A program made the translations under genes and the position numbers. Source: Spartobacteria bacterium (GTDB lineage: Bacteria; Verrucomicrobiota; Verrucomicrobiia; Chthoniobacterales; UBA10450). Taken from it: DNA of 64,000 nucleotides. Positions 1 through 9,041 of this stretch are shown here, one piece after another (positions within the stretch are counted from its first letter, which is position 1; each line of letters starts with the position of its first letter). Under the pieces are notes generated by a model. That model made no database searches. It had not been told where the DNA came from and worked only from the letters and a program-made list of their open reading frames with translations. The stretch is from the NCBI GenBank assembly GCA_021325495.1, contig JAJPGZ010000012.1:120131-184130 (forward strand), written 5' to 3'.

Positions 1-179
1 ATGATCGATGTGGTGAGAAGCATCGTCATCACCGGCCGTTTGATGAACGGCAACGAAAGGCCGGAAGAAAATTGCACGAGCTTTCCGGCGGGCGTTTTTT
101 CGCCGGCCGTGCCATGACGATGCGTCAATGGCGATTCTGCGAATTCGCCGTCGCCACCGCCATCGAATTGATCCGCCAT
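1..179 (-). CDS. RND-type (AcrB-like) efflux permease, N-terminal fragment; the gene continues beyond the window
   Basis: The minus-strand frame reads ...SGLSLPFIKRPVMTMLLTTSII, the F-I-x-R-P-V start of TM1 typical of RND pumps. It lies directly downstream of the adaptor gene. ATG at 179 or GTG at 77 are possible starts. Confidence 0.6.
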   Translation of the reverse strand, partial: MADQFDGGGDGEFAESPLTHRHGTAGEKTPAGKLVQFSSGLSLPFIKRPVMTMLLTTSI

Positions 180-181
180 GC

Positions 182-213
182 GATTGTCGATCTTAGTGAT
201 TGTCGATCTTAGC
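182..213. repeat. Head-to-tail pair of the 10-mer TGTCGATCTT (185-194, 201-210), 16-bp period
   Basis: GATTGTCGATCTTAG occurs twice (182-196 and 198-212). The pair spans the stop of the adaptor gene and the 13-nt gap before the RND permease start. Confidence 0.9.
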
Positions 214-1380
214 GGGCGAAGGTGATGGACTCGTGGCCGATTGTTCCATCGGCTTCGCATTCACCCGCGCGCCGGGCGCGAGTTGCAATTGCCCGCTTGT
301 CACCACCATTTCATCCGGCTGTATGCCGTCTTTGATCACGGTGAGATCGCCCTGTTGCTGTCCCGGCTTCACCTGCCGTAACTCAAGCGTTGAATCCGGT
401 TTAACAACAAACACGTACGGCCCGCGTTGACCGATCTGCACCGCGCTACTCGGCACCAGTTTCGCATTCGAGAGCACATCGAGAATCAAACGCACGCGGA
501 CGAATTGCGCCGGCCACAGCGCATGATCCGGATTTGCCGTGATCCCGCGCGCCTTCACCGTCCCGACACCGGGTTGGACCGCGTTGTCGATGAAATAGAG
601 ATCACCTTCGCGCGGCGGAATGTTGTCGTTCTCCGCGTCCGTCACCACTTTCATTTTCGGATTGCCAAGATATTGCCTAACGATGGCCAAGTCCGGCTCG
701 GCCACGGTGAAATCGGTGTAAATCGGATCGAATCCCTGGACGGTGACGAGGGCCGGACTGCCGGGCCCGACCAGATTGCCAACATCGACATTGCGCAACC
801 CGACGCGGCCGTCGATCGGCGATTTGATGTAACAAAAATCTAGATTCACCTGCGCCGCCGCCACCGCTGCCTGCGCCTTCATCGCGTTCGCCTGCGCGGT
901 GTCCCATTCCTGTCGCGCCGTCACATTCTTCGCGACGAGCTCGGCTTCGCGTTTCAAATTCGCCTCGGCTAAGGCGCGATCGGCCTGCGCCGAAGCGAGC
1001 GCCGCTTCATACGGGCGCGGATCGATTCGAAATAAGAGATCGCCTTTTTTAACGTCGGCGCCGTCCTTGAATTCGCGACTGATAATCTGCCCGTTTACCT
1101 GCGCTTTGATGTCCACCGTCTCGAACGGTGCGGTCGTGCCGATTTCGTCCAGATAAAGCGGCACATCGGCGGTTGTAACTTTTGCGACTTCGACGTTTCT
1201 CGGCGGCGGAGCCGGCTGCGTTTTGTGATGCGCGACGAAACTTCGCAGCAACAGCAGAATCACGACGAGGCCGACAACTCCGATAACAATCCGCAACCGC
1301 CGCTTGCCCCCGACGCGTTGTTCGAGATCGCCCACCATCTCACGCGCGGCTTCGTTCACTTGTGTAATTGTCGGCGGCAT
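193..1380 (-). CDS. Efflux RND periplasmic adaptor (membrane fusion protein, HlyD family)
   Basis: ORF 193..1557 trimmed to the ATG at 1380 (MPPTITQ..., followed by TM helix IVIGVVGLVVILLLL). Adaptor-type motifs are present (GDLLFRIDPRPYEAAL, IKSPIDGRVG). The marR stop at 1382 abuts this start. Confidence 0.85.
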   Translation of the reverse strand: MPPTITQVNEAAREMVGDLEQRVGGKRRLRIVIGVVGLVVILLLLRSFVAHHKTQPAPPPRNVEVAKVTTADVPLYLDEIGTTAPFETVDIKAQVNGQIISREFKDGADVKKGDLLFRIDPRPYEAALASAQADRALAEANLKREAELVAKNVTARQEWDTAQANAMKAQAAVAAAQVNLDFCYIKSPIDGRVGLRNVDVGNLVGPGSPALVTVQGFDPIYTDFTVAEPDLAIVRQYLGNPKMKVVTDAENDNIPPREGDLYFIDNAVQPGVGTVKARGITANPDHALWPAQFVRVRLILDVLSNAKLVPSSAVQIGQRGPYVFVVKPDSTLELRQVKPGQQQGDLTVIKDGIQPDEMVVTSGQLQLAPGARVNAKPMEQSATSPSPSPAKIDNH

Positions 1381-1381
1381 A

Positions 1382-1837
1382 TCAGTGCTTGCCGTTGCGG
1401 CTTGCCATTCTTCGACCGTTCCCGCGGCCGTTCGTTGATTTTTCCTCTGCTTTGTCGCGCACACGTTCCAGCACGCGCATGCACGTGCGCAATTCCGCCG
1501 ATGACACGTCCGCCAAAAGTTCGCCGCGGAGCTTGTTCGCAGCCGCGGTGATTTCACTGATCACGCGTGTGGCGCGCCGGCCGAGATGCACCGTTTTGCA
1601 ACGGCGATCGTGCGCGGAGTTTTTGCGCGCGACCCAGCCGCCGCGCTCAAGGCGATGCAACAACGTCACTAAAGTCGGCTCCTCAATCTCGAGACGCGAT
1701 GCGATCTCGGCCTGAGTGATCGGTTCGCCCGCGAGCGAAAGGTGCAGAAGCGTGCGCCACTTCGCCTGACTAAGTCCGAGCGGCTTGAGGCGCTGGTCCA
1801 GCTTCGAGCGCCAGGCCCGCGCCGTGCCGTGCAACAA
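1382..1837 (-). CDS. MarR-family transcriptional regulator
   Basis: Winged-HTH core LSQAKWRTLLHLSLAGEPITQAEIASRLEIEEPTLVTLLHRLERGGWVARKNSAHDRRCKTVHL. The ORF track uses a TTG start. The frame stays open to 1885, so the true start is uncertain. Confidence 0.85.
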   Translation of the reverse strand: MLHGTARAWRSKLDQRLKPLGLSQAKWRTLLHLSLAGEPITQAEIASRLEIEEPTLVTLLHRLERGGWVARKNSAHDRRCKTVHLGRRATRVISEITAAANKLRGELLADVSSAELRTCMRVLERVRDKAEEKSTNGRGNGRRMASRNGKH

Positions 1838-1882
1838 AGGACCGAAGGCGTCGATGTCGATCTTGTCCGCGAGTTTCAGAAT

Positions 1883-1900
1883 TCGTTAGCATGCTAACGA
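1883..1900. promoter_or_regulatory. Perfect 18-bp palindrome TCGTTAGCATGCTAACGA; candidate MarR operator
   Basis: The sequence is its own reverse complement. It lies in the 98-bp region upstream of the marR-adaptor-pump operon. Each half is a 7/8 match to the dispersed word CCTAACGA. Confidence 0.5.
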
Positions 1901-1935
1901 CTCGCGCTCCTGTCAAACGGGAGATGTCGATCTTT

Positions 1936-3387
1936 TCAACCCGGGTCGAGCGCGAACAAAACCAGGGTTTGATTCCGATAATCCTTCACCCGCTTCACCA
2001 CCCGCGGATGCTTGGGCGACCATTGCTCGCTCGACATCGCCTTTCGTTCCTCATGCGGCCGCGTCAGAAAATAATGCGCGTCGTAGGGCACTTCATCCAC
2101 GCTGCTCAGATATTGCACCGGCGCGAGCATGTAGAAAAAGAACGGCTGATAATTTGGATCGACTGCGTACAGCGTCTCGTTAGGCGGAACCGACGCGTTT
2201 ATTTCCGCCGCGATGTTCTTCACCTTTTCTTTCACGACGAACGAAAAGATCGGTAGACTGATCACGCCGATCGCCACGAACAGCCCGACAAACACCACGC
2301 TGACGCGCGACCAGACCGGCTCGGTCGATCGCAATTTCGCCGGCAAGGCGTACGCGTCACGCGTGAAGGCGAGCGCGAGTAGACAGCAAAACGGCACCAA
2401 AACCGGAAGGGTGTAGCGCGGAGCGGAGCCAGGAATTAATCCGACGACGACCAGCGGTAGCGCCGTGCTCCAGGCGAGTGCGCGCGCGAGATTGCGTTCG
2501 TTTTCGTCGGAAAATTTTTCGAAACGCAAAAACGGAACGACGAGAATCCACGGGAGAAAATAGAACAGCGCTCGCGGAATGGTGGTGAGCCATGCGCGCC
2601 ATCCGAAGAAGCCGCCGGTGATGCGGCCGGCGAATTGATTGTTCCATGTTTTCATCATGCGTTCGGTTTCGGTCGCATGCATGAAAGGAATGAGCCATGC
2701 CGCAAAGATCGACATCATCACGATGATGCCTAACAAATGCGCGGGATGAAATAGGACGCGCCATTGTCGATCTTTCCACAAAACAAAACCGACGAGCGCG
2801 TAGAAAAAAACCAGATGGGTCGGACCTTTCGCGAGCCAGCCGAGCCCGAGAAAAATCCACGGCACGGTCCACGTAAGCCAGGGCGAACGGCGCTCGCGCC
2901 ACCAGCTCAACCAAAAAATCATGGCCAGGCCGCAGAGCGAAATGTAAAGCGCTTCGATTTCGACCAGTCGCCCTTTTTCGAGCGTGCCGAAATTCGTTAG
3001 CCAAATCAGCGCCGCCATGGTCGATCCAGCGCCAAGCGTTTGTTTTGCGATTGTCACAAACGCGATCGCCACCGCTAAGATCGACAACACCGATGGAACA
3101 CGCGCGGTCCATTCATTGCGCACACGAAAGATTTTAAACGAACCGGCGATGAGCCAGTTAATCAGCGGCGGCTTGCGGTAATACGCTTCGCCACCTACTT
3201 GCGGCACGAGATAATTGCCGCTCTCGATCATCGCCATCGCGGGCAAAATGCGGCGGCCTTCTTCGCCTTTGATCTCGAACAACCCGAGCGCGGGCAGATA
3301 GATCGCGGCCCAGACAATTGCGACCAACAAGAGCGGTGGCAGACGCGACATGCGTTCGATTGTTGCGCACATGTCGATCTTGTCCAT
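1936..3387 (-). CDS. Polytopic membrane glycosyltransferase, ArnT/PMT (GT39/GT83-like) family
   Basis: 483-aa multi-TM ORF with an N-terminal YYRKPPLINWLIAG loop typical of lipid-linked sugar transferases. The start is at 3387 or 3351. Confidence 0.8.
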   Translation of the reverse strand: MDKIDMCATIERMSRLPPLLLVAIVWAAIYLPALGLFEIKGEEGRRILPAMAMIESGNYLVPQVGGEAYYRKPPLINWLIAGSFKIFRVRNEWTARVPSVLSILAVAIAFVTIAKQTLGAGSTMAALIWLTNFGTLEKGRLVEIEALYISLCGLAMIFWLSWWRERRSPWLTWTVPWIFLGLGWLAKGPTHLVFFYALVGFVLWKDRQWRVLFHPAHLLGIIVMMSIFAAWLIPFMHATETERMMKTWNNQFAGRITGGFFGWRAWLTTIPRALFYFLPWILVVPFLRFEKFSDENERNLARALAWSTALPLVVVGLIPGSAPRYTLPVLVPFCCLLALAFTRDAYALPAKLRSTEPVWSRVSVVFVGLFVAIGVISLPIFSFVVKEKVKNIAAEINASVPPNETLYAVDPNYQPFFFYMLAPVQYLSSVDEVPYDAHYFLTRPHEERKAMSSEQWSPKHPRVVKRVKDYRNQTLVLFALDPG

Positions 3388-3397
3388 GTCGATCTTG
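3370..3397. repeat. Head-to-tail pair of the 10-mer (3372-3381, 3387-3396), 15-bp period
   Basis: CATGTCGATCTTG occurs twice. On the minus strand each copy reads AAGATCGACATG, and one of the ATGs is the ORF start at 3387. Confidence 0.9.
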
Positions 3398-3454
3398 GCC
3401 GCTTGACGTTTGCCCCGCGAAATCTACAGTATGTGTCCTAGTCCGCGCTGGAAG

Positions 3455-3481
3455 GAGTGGGTGCAGTAGCCCACTCTTTTT
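3455..3481 (+). terminator. Terminator/attenuator-like hairpin in the nusA leader
   Basis: GAGTGGG (3455-3461), loop TGCAGTAG, CCCACTC (3470-3476), then TTTTT (3477-3481), 22 nt before the nusA ATG. No plus-strand gene lies upstream, so it is not a conventional 3-prime terminator. Confidence 0.35.
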
Positions 3482-3502
3482 AGTCTGCGGACTGGATGTT
3501 TT

Positions 3503-4771
3503 ATGAACGCCGAATTTATTGCCATGCTCGACTACCTGGAGCGGGAACGCGGGATCAAACGCGATGTCCTGCTCGAGGCGGTATCGACTGCGTTGCTCTC
3601 GGCCTCGAAAAAAAGCGTGAGCGCGTCACGCGATCTGCGCATCGACATCGACCCGAAGACCGGCGTCATTCGCGCGCTCGCGAAATTGCTCGTGGTCGAA
3701 GACGTCACGAATCCGCAGGACGAAATTTCGTTAGCCAAAGCGCGCAACATCAAAGCGGACGCGAACGTCGGTGACGAAGTGGAAGTGGAAGTGACTCCGA
3801 AAAATTTCGGCCGCATCGCCGCGCAAACCGCGAAGCAGGCGATGATGCAACGCATTCGTCAGGTCGAGAAGGAGATGATTTACGAGGAGTTCAAGGACCG
3901 CGCCGGTGAAATTGTTTCGGGCACGGTGCGCCGGTTCGATCGCTCGGATGTGATTCTCGATCTTGGCAAATTCGAAGCGATCATGCCGCAGCGCGAGCGC
4001 GTGGTGGTTGAAGATTACAACGTGGGCGATCGCTTGCGCGCCTATGTCGTCGCGGTCGATAACGGAATCCGCGGACCGGAAATCATTGTTTCGCGCAGCC
4101 ATCCGAATTTCGTTAGGCGACTTTTCGAAATGGAAGTGAGTGAAATTGCCGACGGCACGGTCGAGATTCGCGGCATCGCCCGCGAAGCGGGTTATCGGAC
4201 GAAGATCGCGGTCTGGAGCGCGAATGAAAAGGTCGATCCGGTCGGCGCTTGCGTCGGCATGCGTGGTTCGCGCGTGAAGAACATTGTGCGCGAGCTGAAT
4301 AACGAAAAGGTGGACATCATTCGTTGGAGCTCGGACCCGAAGGAATACGTGCTCGAGGCGCTGAAGCCGGCCAAGGTGAAAAACCTCGTGTTCGATACGG
4401 AAAAGAAGAGCGTGCAAATTTCCGTGGATGAAGATCAGCTTTCGCTCGCGATCGGGAAAAAGGGACAGAACGCGCGACTGACTTCGCGATTGACCGGTTG
4501 GGAAATCAACATCGACAAGGACACGTCGGCGACGACGGCGGTCGAGCAGAAGGTCGCGCAAGCGGCGCAAACGCTCGCGGCCGCGTTGCCGATCACGAAT
4601 GACCAGGCGATGACGCTGGTGAAGTCCGGTTTCACTAACTTAGAAGGATTGCGCGACGCGGACGTCTCTGATTTCGTGGACATCCTCGGCGTCGATGAAG
4701 CGAAGGCGCAGGAAATCCATGCGGCCGTGCCGCGAGAAGAAGCAGCAGCGCAGAACGCCGGCTCGGCCTAA
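3503..4771 (+). CDS. nusA: Transcription termination/antitermination factor NusA
   Basis: 422 aa with an N-terminal NusA domain, S1 and two KH domains (GACVGMRGSRVKNIVRELNNEKVDII). It is followed by infB. Confidence 0.95.
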   Translation: MNAEFIAMLDYLERERGIKRDVLLEAVSTALLSASKKSVSASRDLRIDIDPKTGVIRALAKLLVVEDVTNPQDEISLAKARNIKADANVGDEVEVEVTPKNFGRIAAQTAKQAMMQRIRQVEKEMIYEEFKDRAGEIVSGTVRRFDRSDVILDLGKFEAIMPQRERVVVEDYNVGDRLRAYVVAVDNGIRGPEIIVSRSHPNFVRRLFEMEVSEIADGTVEIRGIAREAGYRTKIAVWSANEKVDPVGACVGMRGSRVKNIVRELNNEKVDIIRWSSDPKEYVLEALKPAKVKNLVFDTEKKSVQISVDEDQLSLAIGKKGQNARLTSRLTGWEINIDKDTSATTAVEQKVAQAAQTLAAALPITNDQAMTLVKSGFTNLEGLRDADVSDFVDILGVDEAKAQEIHAAVPREEAAAQNAGSA

Positions 4772-4802
4772 CGAGCCATGAAAAAGATTTTTAGATATCA
4801 GA

Positions 4803-6977
4803 ATGGCAACGAAAACGACCAGCAAGACGGCAGCGAAAAAAACGGCGACCCGCAAAACCGCGGCGACGAAGCCGGCTTCCGGCAAAGCCAAGGTCGTTAA
4901 GAAAAAAACGGAACCGGCCCCGGCTCCGGAAGTTAAAAAGCCGGCCGCGCATAAACCGCCGCCGGCGCCGAAACGCCATGTCGAGAGCGTTTCGTTGATC
5001 GATAAACAAGCGGCGCCGAAGAAATCGGAAGACGGCGAAGTTAAGAAGAAAACGACGGTGTTGCCGCCAATCTCGCGCATTCGCGAATCCATGGCGGCGC
5101 CGCCGCCGAAACCGGTCGAGGCGCCGAAGCCCGAGCCGCCAAAGGAAGTTGTCGATCTTGCGCCGGAAGCGCCGGCGACTCCGGTGGAGGAGGAAGAGCC
5201 GCAGAATGTCATCCACATCAAGCCGCCGATTATTGTGAAGCAACTCGCGGCAGAGCTGGGCTTGAAACCGCATCAGGTCATCGCCGAGCTGATGGCTTTC
5301 AACATTTTTGCGAACATCAATCAGACGATCGAGCCCGACATCGCGTCGAAAATTGCGGAAGCGCACGGATTCGTTCTCGAAAAGGAGCGCCGCGAAAAAG
5401 GCGGCGGTGTGCACAAGGTCGAGCAGGTCGTGGTCGCGCCGCCCGCGCCCGTTATCCAGAAGGAAGAAGAATTAAAACCGCGCGGTCCCATCATCACTTT
5501 CATGGGTCATGTCGATCACGGTAAGACCTCGCTCATGGACGCGATCCGCAAGACGCGCGTCGCCGCCGGTGAAGCGGGCGGAATCACCCAACACATCGGC
5601 GCGTATTCGGTCGATCACAAAGGGTCGCGCATTACTTTCATTGATACGCCGGGTCACGCTGCGTTCACGGCCATGCGCGCGCGCGGCGCAAACGTGACCG
5701 ACATTGTCGTGCTCGTTGTCGCCGCGGACGACGGATTGATGCCGCAGACGCTCGAAGCGATCAGTCACGCCAAAGCTGCGCCACATGTGAAGATCATGGT
5801 GGCGATCAACAAAATCGATTTGCCCGGCGCGAACATCGACAGGGTAAAGAAACAACTTCAGGACCAGGGACTGACGCCCGAAGATTGGGGCGGCGAAACC
5901 ATTGTCGTGCCCGTTTCGGCTACGAAAGGTCAGGGCATCGATCAGTTGCTCGAGATGATGACGTTGCAGGCAGAGGTGATGGAATTGAAATCGTCACCGA
6001 CGGCAAAGGCGCGCGGCACTGTCATCGAAGCGCAGGTCGAAGCCGGCCGCGGACCGGTCGCGACCGTCATCGTGCAAATGGGCACGATACGCGTAGGCGA
6101 TCCATTCATCTGCGGCGATTACAGCGGCAAAGTGAAATCGCTCATCAACGATCAGGGCAAGATGATCAAGGAAGCGGGGCCGGCCATGCCGGTAAAAGTT
6201 CTTGGTTTCACCGGCCTCCCGAATGCCGGTGACGAATTCTTAGCCATGGAGTCTGAGCGCGAAGCTAAGCAACTAAGTGATGAACGGCTTGAAGCCAAGC
6301 GCGCCAACAAACTCGCGGCCCCCCAACGCGCCACTCTCGAAACATTGCTCGAAGCCGCCGATGGCAGGAAGACGCTGAAGATTGTCTTGAAAGCGGATGC
6401 GCAAGGCTCGCTCGAAGCGATCATTGGGGCGCTCGGTCAAATCGAAAGCAAGAAAATCAGTCTTGAATTCGTTCATTCGGCTGTCGGTCCCGTGTCCGAG
6501 TCGGACATTCTGCTCGCGAGCGCGTCCAACGCCGTGGTCGTTGGCTTCAACGTCAAAGTCGAGTCGAACGCGGTCACCGCCGCGCGTTCCGAAGGCGTGC
6601 AGGTAAAACTTTACAGCATCATCTACGAGCTGATCGATCAGATTAAAGAAGCGATGGCCGGATTGCTCGACCCGGAACATCGCGAGACGGTCATCGGACA
6701 CGCGGAAGTGAAACAAGTTTTCCAATTGAGCAAAGGTATCGTCGCCGGTTGTCTCGTGACCGACGGCCGGATTGCGCGCGTGGCGCGTGCGCGCGTCTTG
6801 CGCCGCCGTCAGCCGGTTTACGACGGCGGAATCTCGACGCTGCGTCGTTTTCAGGACGACGTGAAAGAAGTCCGGTCCGGTCTCGAGTGCGGTCTCAAGC
6901 TCGGCGATTTTAGCGAATATCAAGTCGGCGACATCATCGAGTCGTATCAACTCGAGCAAATCGCGCAGAAACTTTAA
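4803..6977 (+). CDS. infB: Translation initiation factor IF-2
   Basis: G-domain motifs [20 protein letters not shown] and NKIDL. The N-terminus is long, basic and Pro/Ala-rich. Confidence 0.95.
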   Translation: MATKTTSKTAAKKTATRKTAATKPASGKAKVVKKKTEPAPAPEVKKPAAHKPPPAPKRHVESVSLIDKQAAPKKSEDGEVKKKTTVLPPISRIRESMAAPPPKPVEAPKPEPPKEVVDLAPEAPATPVEEEEPQNVIHIKPPIIVKQLAAELGLKPHQVIAELMAFNIFANINQTIEPDIASKIAEAHGFVLEKERREKGGGVHKVEQVVVAPPAPVIQKEEELKPRGPIITFMGHVDHGKTSLMDAIRKTRVAAGEAGGITQHIGAYSVDHKGSRITFIDTPGHAAFTAMRARGANVTDIVVLVVAADDGLMPQTLEAISHAKAAPHVKIMVAINKIDLPGANIDRVKKQLQDQGLTPEDWGGETIVVPVSATKGQGIDQLLEMMTLQAEVMELKSSPTAKARGTVIEAQVEAGRGPVATVIVQMGTIRVGDPFICGDYSGKVKSLINDQGKMIKEAGPAMPVKVLGFTGLPNAGDEFLAMESEREAKQLSDERLEAKRANKLAAPQRATLETLLEAADGRKTLKIVLKADAQGSLEAIIGALGQIESKKISLEFVHSAVGPVSESDILLASASNAVVVGFNVKVESNAVTAARSEGVQVKLYSIIYELIDQIKEAMAGLLDPEHRETVIGHAEVKQVFQLSKGIVAGCLVTDGRIARVARARVLRRRQPVYDGGISTLRRFQDDVKEVRSGLECGLKLGDFSEYQVGDIIESYQLEQIAQKL

Positions 6978-7015
6978 CCCATTCGGCGTTTGCTGCGGCG
7001 AACGAGGGCAGTGTC

Positions 7016-7357
7016 ATGAAACATCGACAATTACGCGTGAACGAACTTCTCAAACGCGAGCTCAGCATTATCGTCGCCCGCGAATTAAGTTTCGAGAACG
7101 CGCTCGTCACCATCAATCAGGTCGATGTTACGACCGACCTCAAGAACGCGCACGTCTATGTCAGTGTCCTGGGCGAAAACAAAGACGTTCTCGCGCAGTT
7201 GGAAGAACATCGCGTCCCGCTCCAGACACAGCTTGCCCGTAACGTCGTGCTCAAATACACCCCGCATCTCATTTTCCATCTCGACGATTCGATCGAGCGC
7301 GGCACGCGCGTGATCAAAATCCTTCAGGAGATCGAGCCGCCTAACGACACCGAGTGA
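7016..7357 (+). CDS. rbfA: Ribosome-binding factor A
   Basis: 113 aa of RbfA-like sequence (NAHVYVSVLG, HLIFHLDDS), in the canonical position after infB. Confidence 0.9.
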   Translation: MKHRQLRVNELLKRELSIIVARELSFENALVTINQVDVTTDLKNAHVYVSVLGENKDVLAQLEEHRVPLQTQLARNVVLKYTPHLIFHLDDSIERGTRVIKILQEIEPPNDTE

Positions 7358-8334
7358 ACGCGGCCACTTTCTCCGAGATCGGAAAAGCTCTCCACGAACA
7401 TCAACGTGTCGCCGTCATGAGCCATGTGCGACCGGATGGCGATGCGCTCGGCAGCCAGCTCGCGCTGGGATTGTCGCTCAAGAAACTCGGCAAAGACGTT
7501 CGCATTTGGAACGAAGAGGGAATGCTGGAGAAGTACAGCTTTCTCCCCTCCTCCGATTTGGTATCTAAGCCACCGGCCGAACCGGAAGATGTCGATCTTG
7601 CAATTGCCTTAGACACCGCCATTCAAAGCCGGCTCGGCACCGCGCTGACTGCGATCAAATCCGCTAAGACTTGGATCAACATCGATCATCACCCGAGCAA
7701 CCCGCGTTATGGCGATCTCGTTTACATCGACGATACATCGCCCGCGACCGGCCAGATCATTTACGAATTAATCAAAGATCAGGGCCTGCCGTTCGACCGC
7801 GCGATGGCCGAGAATCTTTACGTCGCCATTTCCACCGACACCGGTTCGTTTCAATATCCAAACACGACCGCGCGCACTTATGAGATTGCGGCCGAACTCG
7901 TCCGCGCCGGTGTCGATGTTGGCCGCGTGAACCAGCTCACCTACGAAAATTATCCGAAGCGCCGCATCGAGTTGTTGCGCGAACTGTTAGGCACATTGCA
8001 TTTCGAATGCGCCGATCGCGTCGCGAGTTTTAGTTTGAGCATGAAGACCGCCGCCGATCTCGGCGTATTGCCGGAAGATAACGAAGGTCTCATCGATCAT
8101 GTCCGCGCCATCCGCGGCGTGGTTGTTGCCGCATTTTTCGAGGAGCTCAGCGACGGCAAAGTGCGCGTCAGCATGCGATCGAAAGACGATAGGGCCGACG
8201 TCTGCGCGGTCGCGACAAAATTCGGCGGCGGCGGTCACAAACTTGCCGCCGGTGCGCGGGTCCGCGGCTCGCTCGCCGAAGTCGAAGGCAAAGTGCTGGC
8301 GGAAATTTCCCATGTCCTTGACTGCAACTCCTGA
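7354..8334 (+). CDS. DHH/DHHA1 phosphoesterase (NrnA-like oligoribonuclease/pAp phosphatase)
   Basis: DHH motif INIDHHPSN and DHHA1 motif GGGGHKLAAG. The GTG start overlaps the rbfA stop (GTGA). Confidence 0.8.
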   Translation: MNAATFSEIGKALHEHQRVAVMSHVRPDGDALGSQLALGLSLKKLGKDVRIWNEEGMLEKYSFLPSSDLVSKPPAEPEDVDLAIALDTAIQSRLGTALTAIKSAKTWINIDHHPSNPRYGDLVYIDDTSPATGQIIYELIKDQGLPFDRAMAENLYVAISTDTGSFQYPNTTARTYEIAAELVRAGVDVGRVNQLTYENYPKRRIELLRELLGTLHFECADRVASFSLSMKTAADLGVLPEDNEGLIDHVRAIRGVVVAAFFEELSDGKVRVSMRSKDDRADVCAVATKFGGGGHKLAAGARVRGSLAEVEGKVLAEISHVLDCNS

Positions 8335-9034
8335 CGGCGTCCTGCTCGTCGACAAGGCCGATGGCATGACGTCGCACGACGTTGTTGCGATCGTTAGGCG
8401 CAAGCTCGACATCAAAAAAGTCGGCCACTGCGGCACGCTCGATCCGCTCGCGACCGGTTTACTTATTCTCACCATCGGTCGCGGCACGAAGATTCAGGAT
8501 CTGTTGATGAGCGAAGACAAAGTTTATGCCGGCACGCTTACGCTCGGTAGATCGACAAGTACGCAAGATCGACAAGGTGAAGTCGTCGAGACGCGCCCCG
8601 TTCCGGAATTGAACGAAGAACAAATTCGCGCCGCGTTCGAAAAGTTCCGCGGCGATTTTCATCAACTGCCGCCGATGGTCTCAGCTAAGAAACAGGGCGG
8701 CGTTCCGCTTTATAAACTCGCGCGTGAAGGCAAAACGGTGGAACGAGAGCCGCGTCTGGTCCATGTCTACGCCTACTCGATCGATAAGATCGCGTTGCCA
8801 GATATCGATTTTACGGTTCACTCGAGCAAAGGTTTTTACGTGCGCACCTACGCGCATGATATCGGCGAAGTCCTCGGCTGCGGCGCGCATTTGAAAAATC
8901 TGCGCCGGACCAAATCCGGACGTTTCGATGTCGATCTTGCAATTAGTGTCAGCGACATCCAAAGCAAGCCGCGCGACGAAATCGTCGGACGCATTCTAAG
9001 CTTGCCCCAAGTCTCCCGGATGCGCGGCGCATAA
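8312..9034 (+). CDS. truB: tRNA pseudouridine(55) synthase TruB
   Basis: ORF 8099..9034 trimmed to the ATG at 8312 (MSLTATPDGVLLVDKADGMTSHDVV). GTLDPLATGLL is present. Confidence 0.9.
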   Translation: MSLTATPDGVLLVDKADGMTSHDVVAIVRRKLDIKKVGHCGTLDPLATGLLILTIGRGTKIQDLLMSEDKVYAGTLTLGRSTSTQDRQGEVVETRPVPELNEEQIRAAFEKFRGDFHQLPPMVSAKKQGGVPLYKLAREGKTVEREPRLVHVYAYSIDKIALPDIDFTVHSSKGFYVRTYAHDIGEVLGCGAHLKNLRRTKSGRFDVDLAISVSDIQSKPRDEIVGRILSLPQVSRMRGA

Positions 9035-9041
9035 GATCGAC

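Noticed and set aside
3731-4570. Long antisense or alternative-frame ORFs (3731..4570, 13466..14467, 18999..20021, 23506..24399, 36846..37439, 39746..40387, 46847..47791, 56221..56856, 62209..63147 and others)
   Set aside because: These are shadow ORFs typical of GC-rich DNA. They have Arg/His-rich low-complexity translations, and each lies opposite or out of frame to a gene with clear family motifs.
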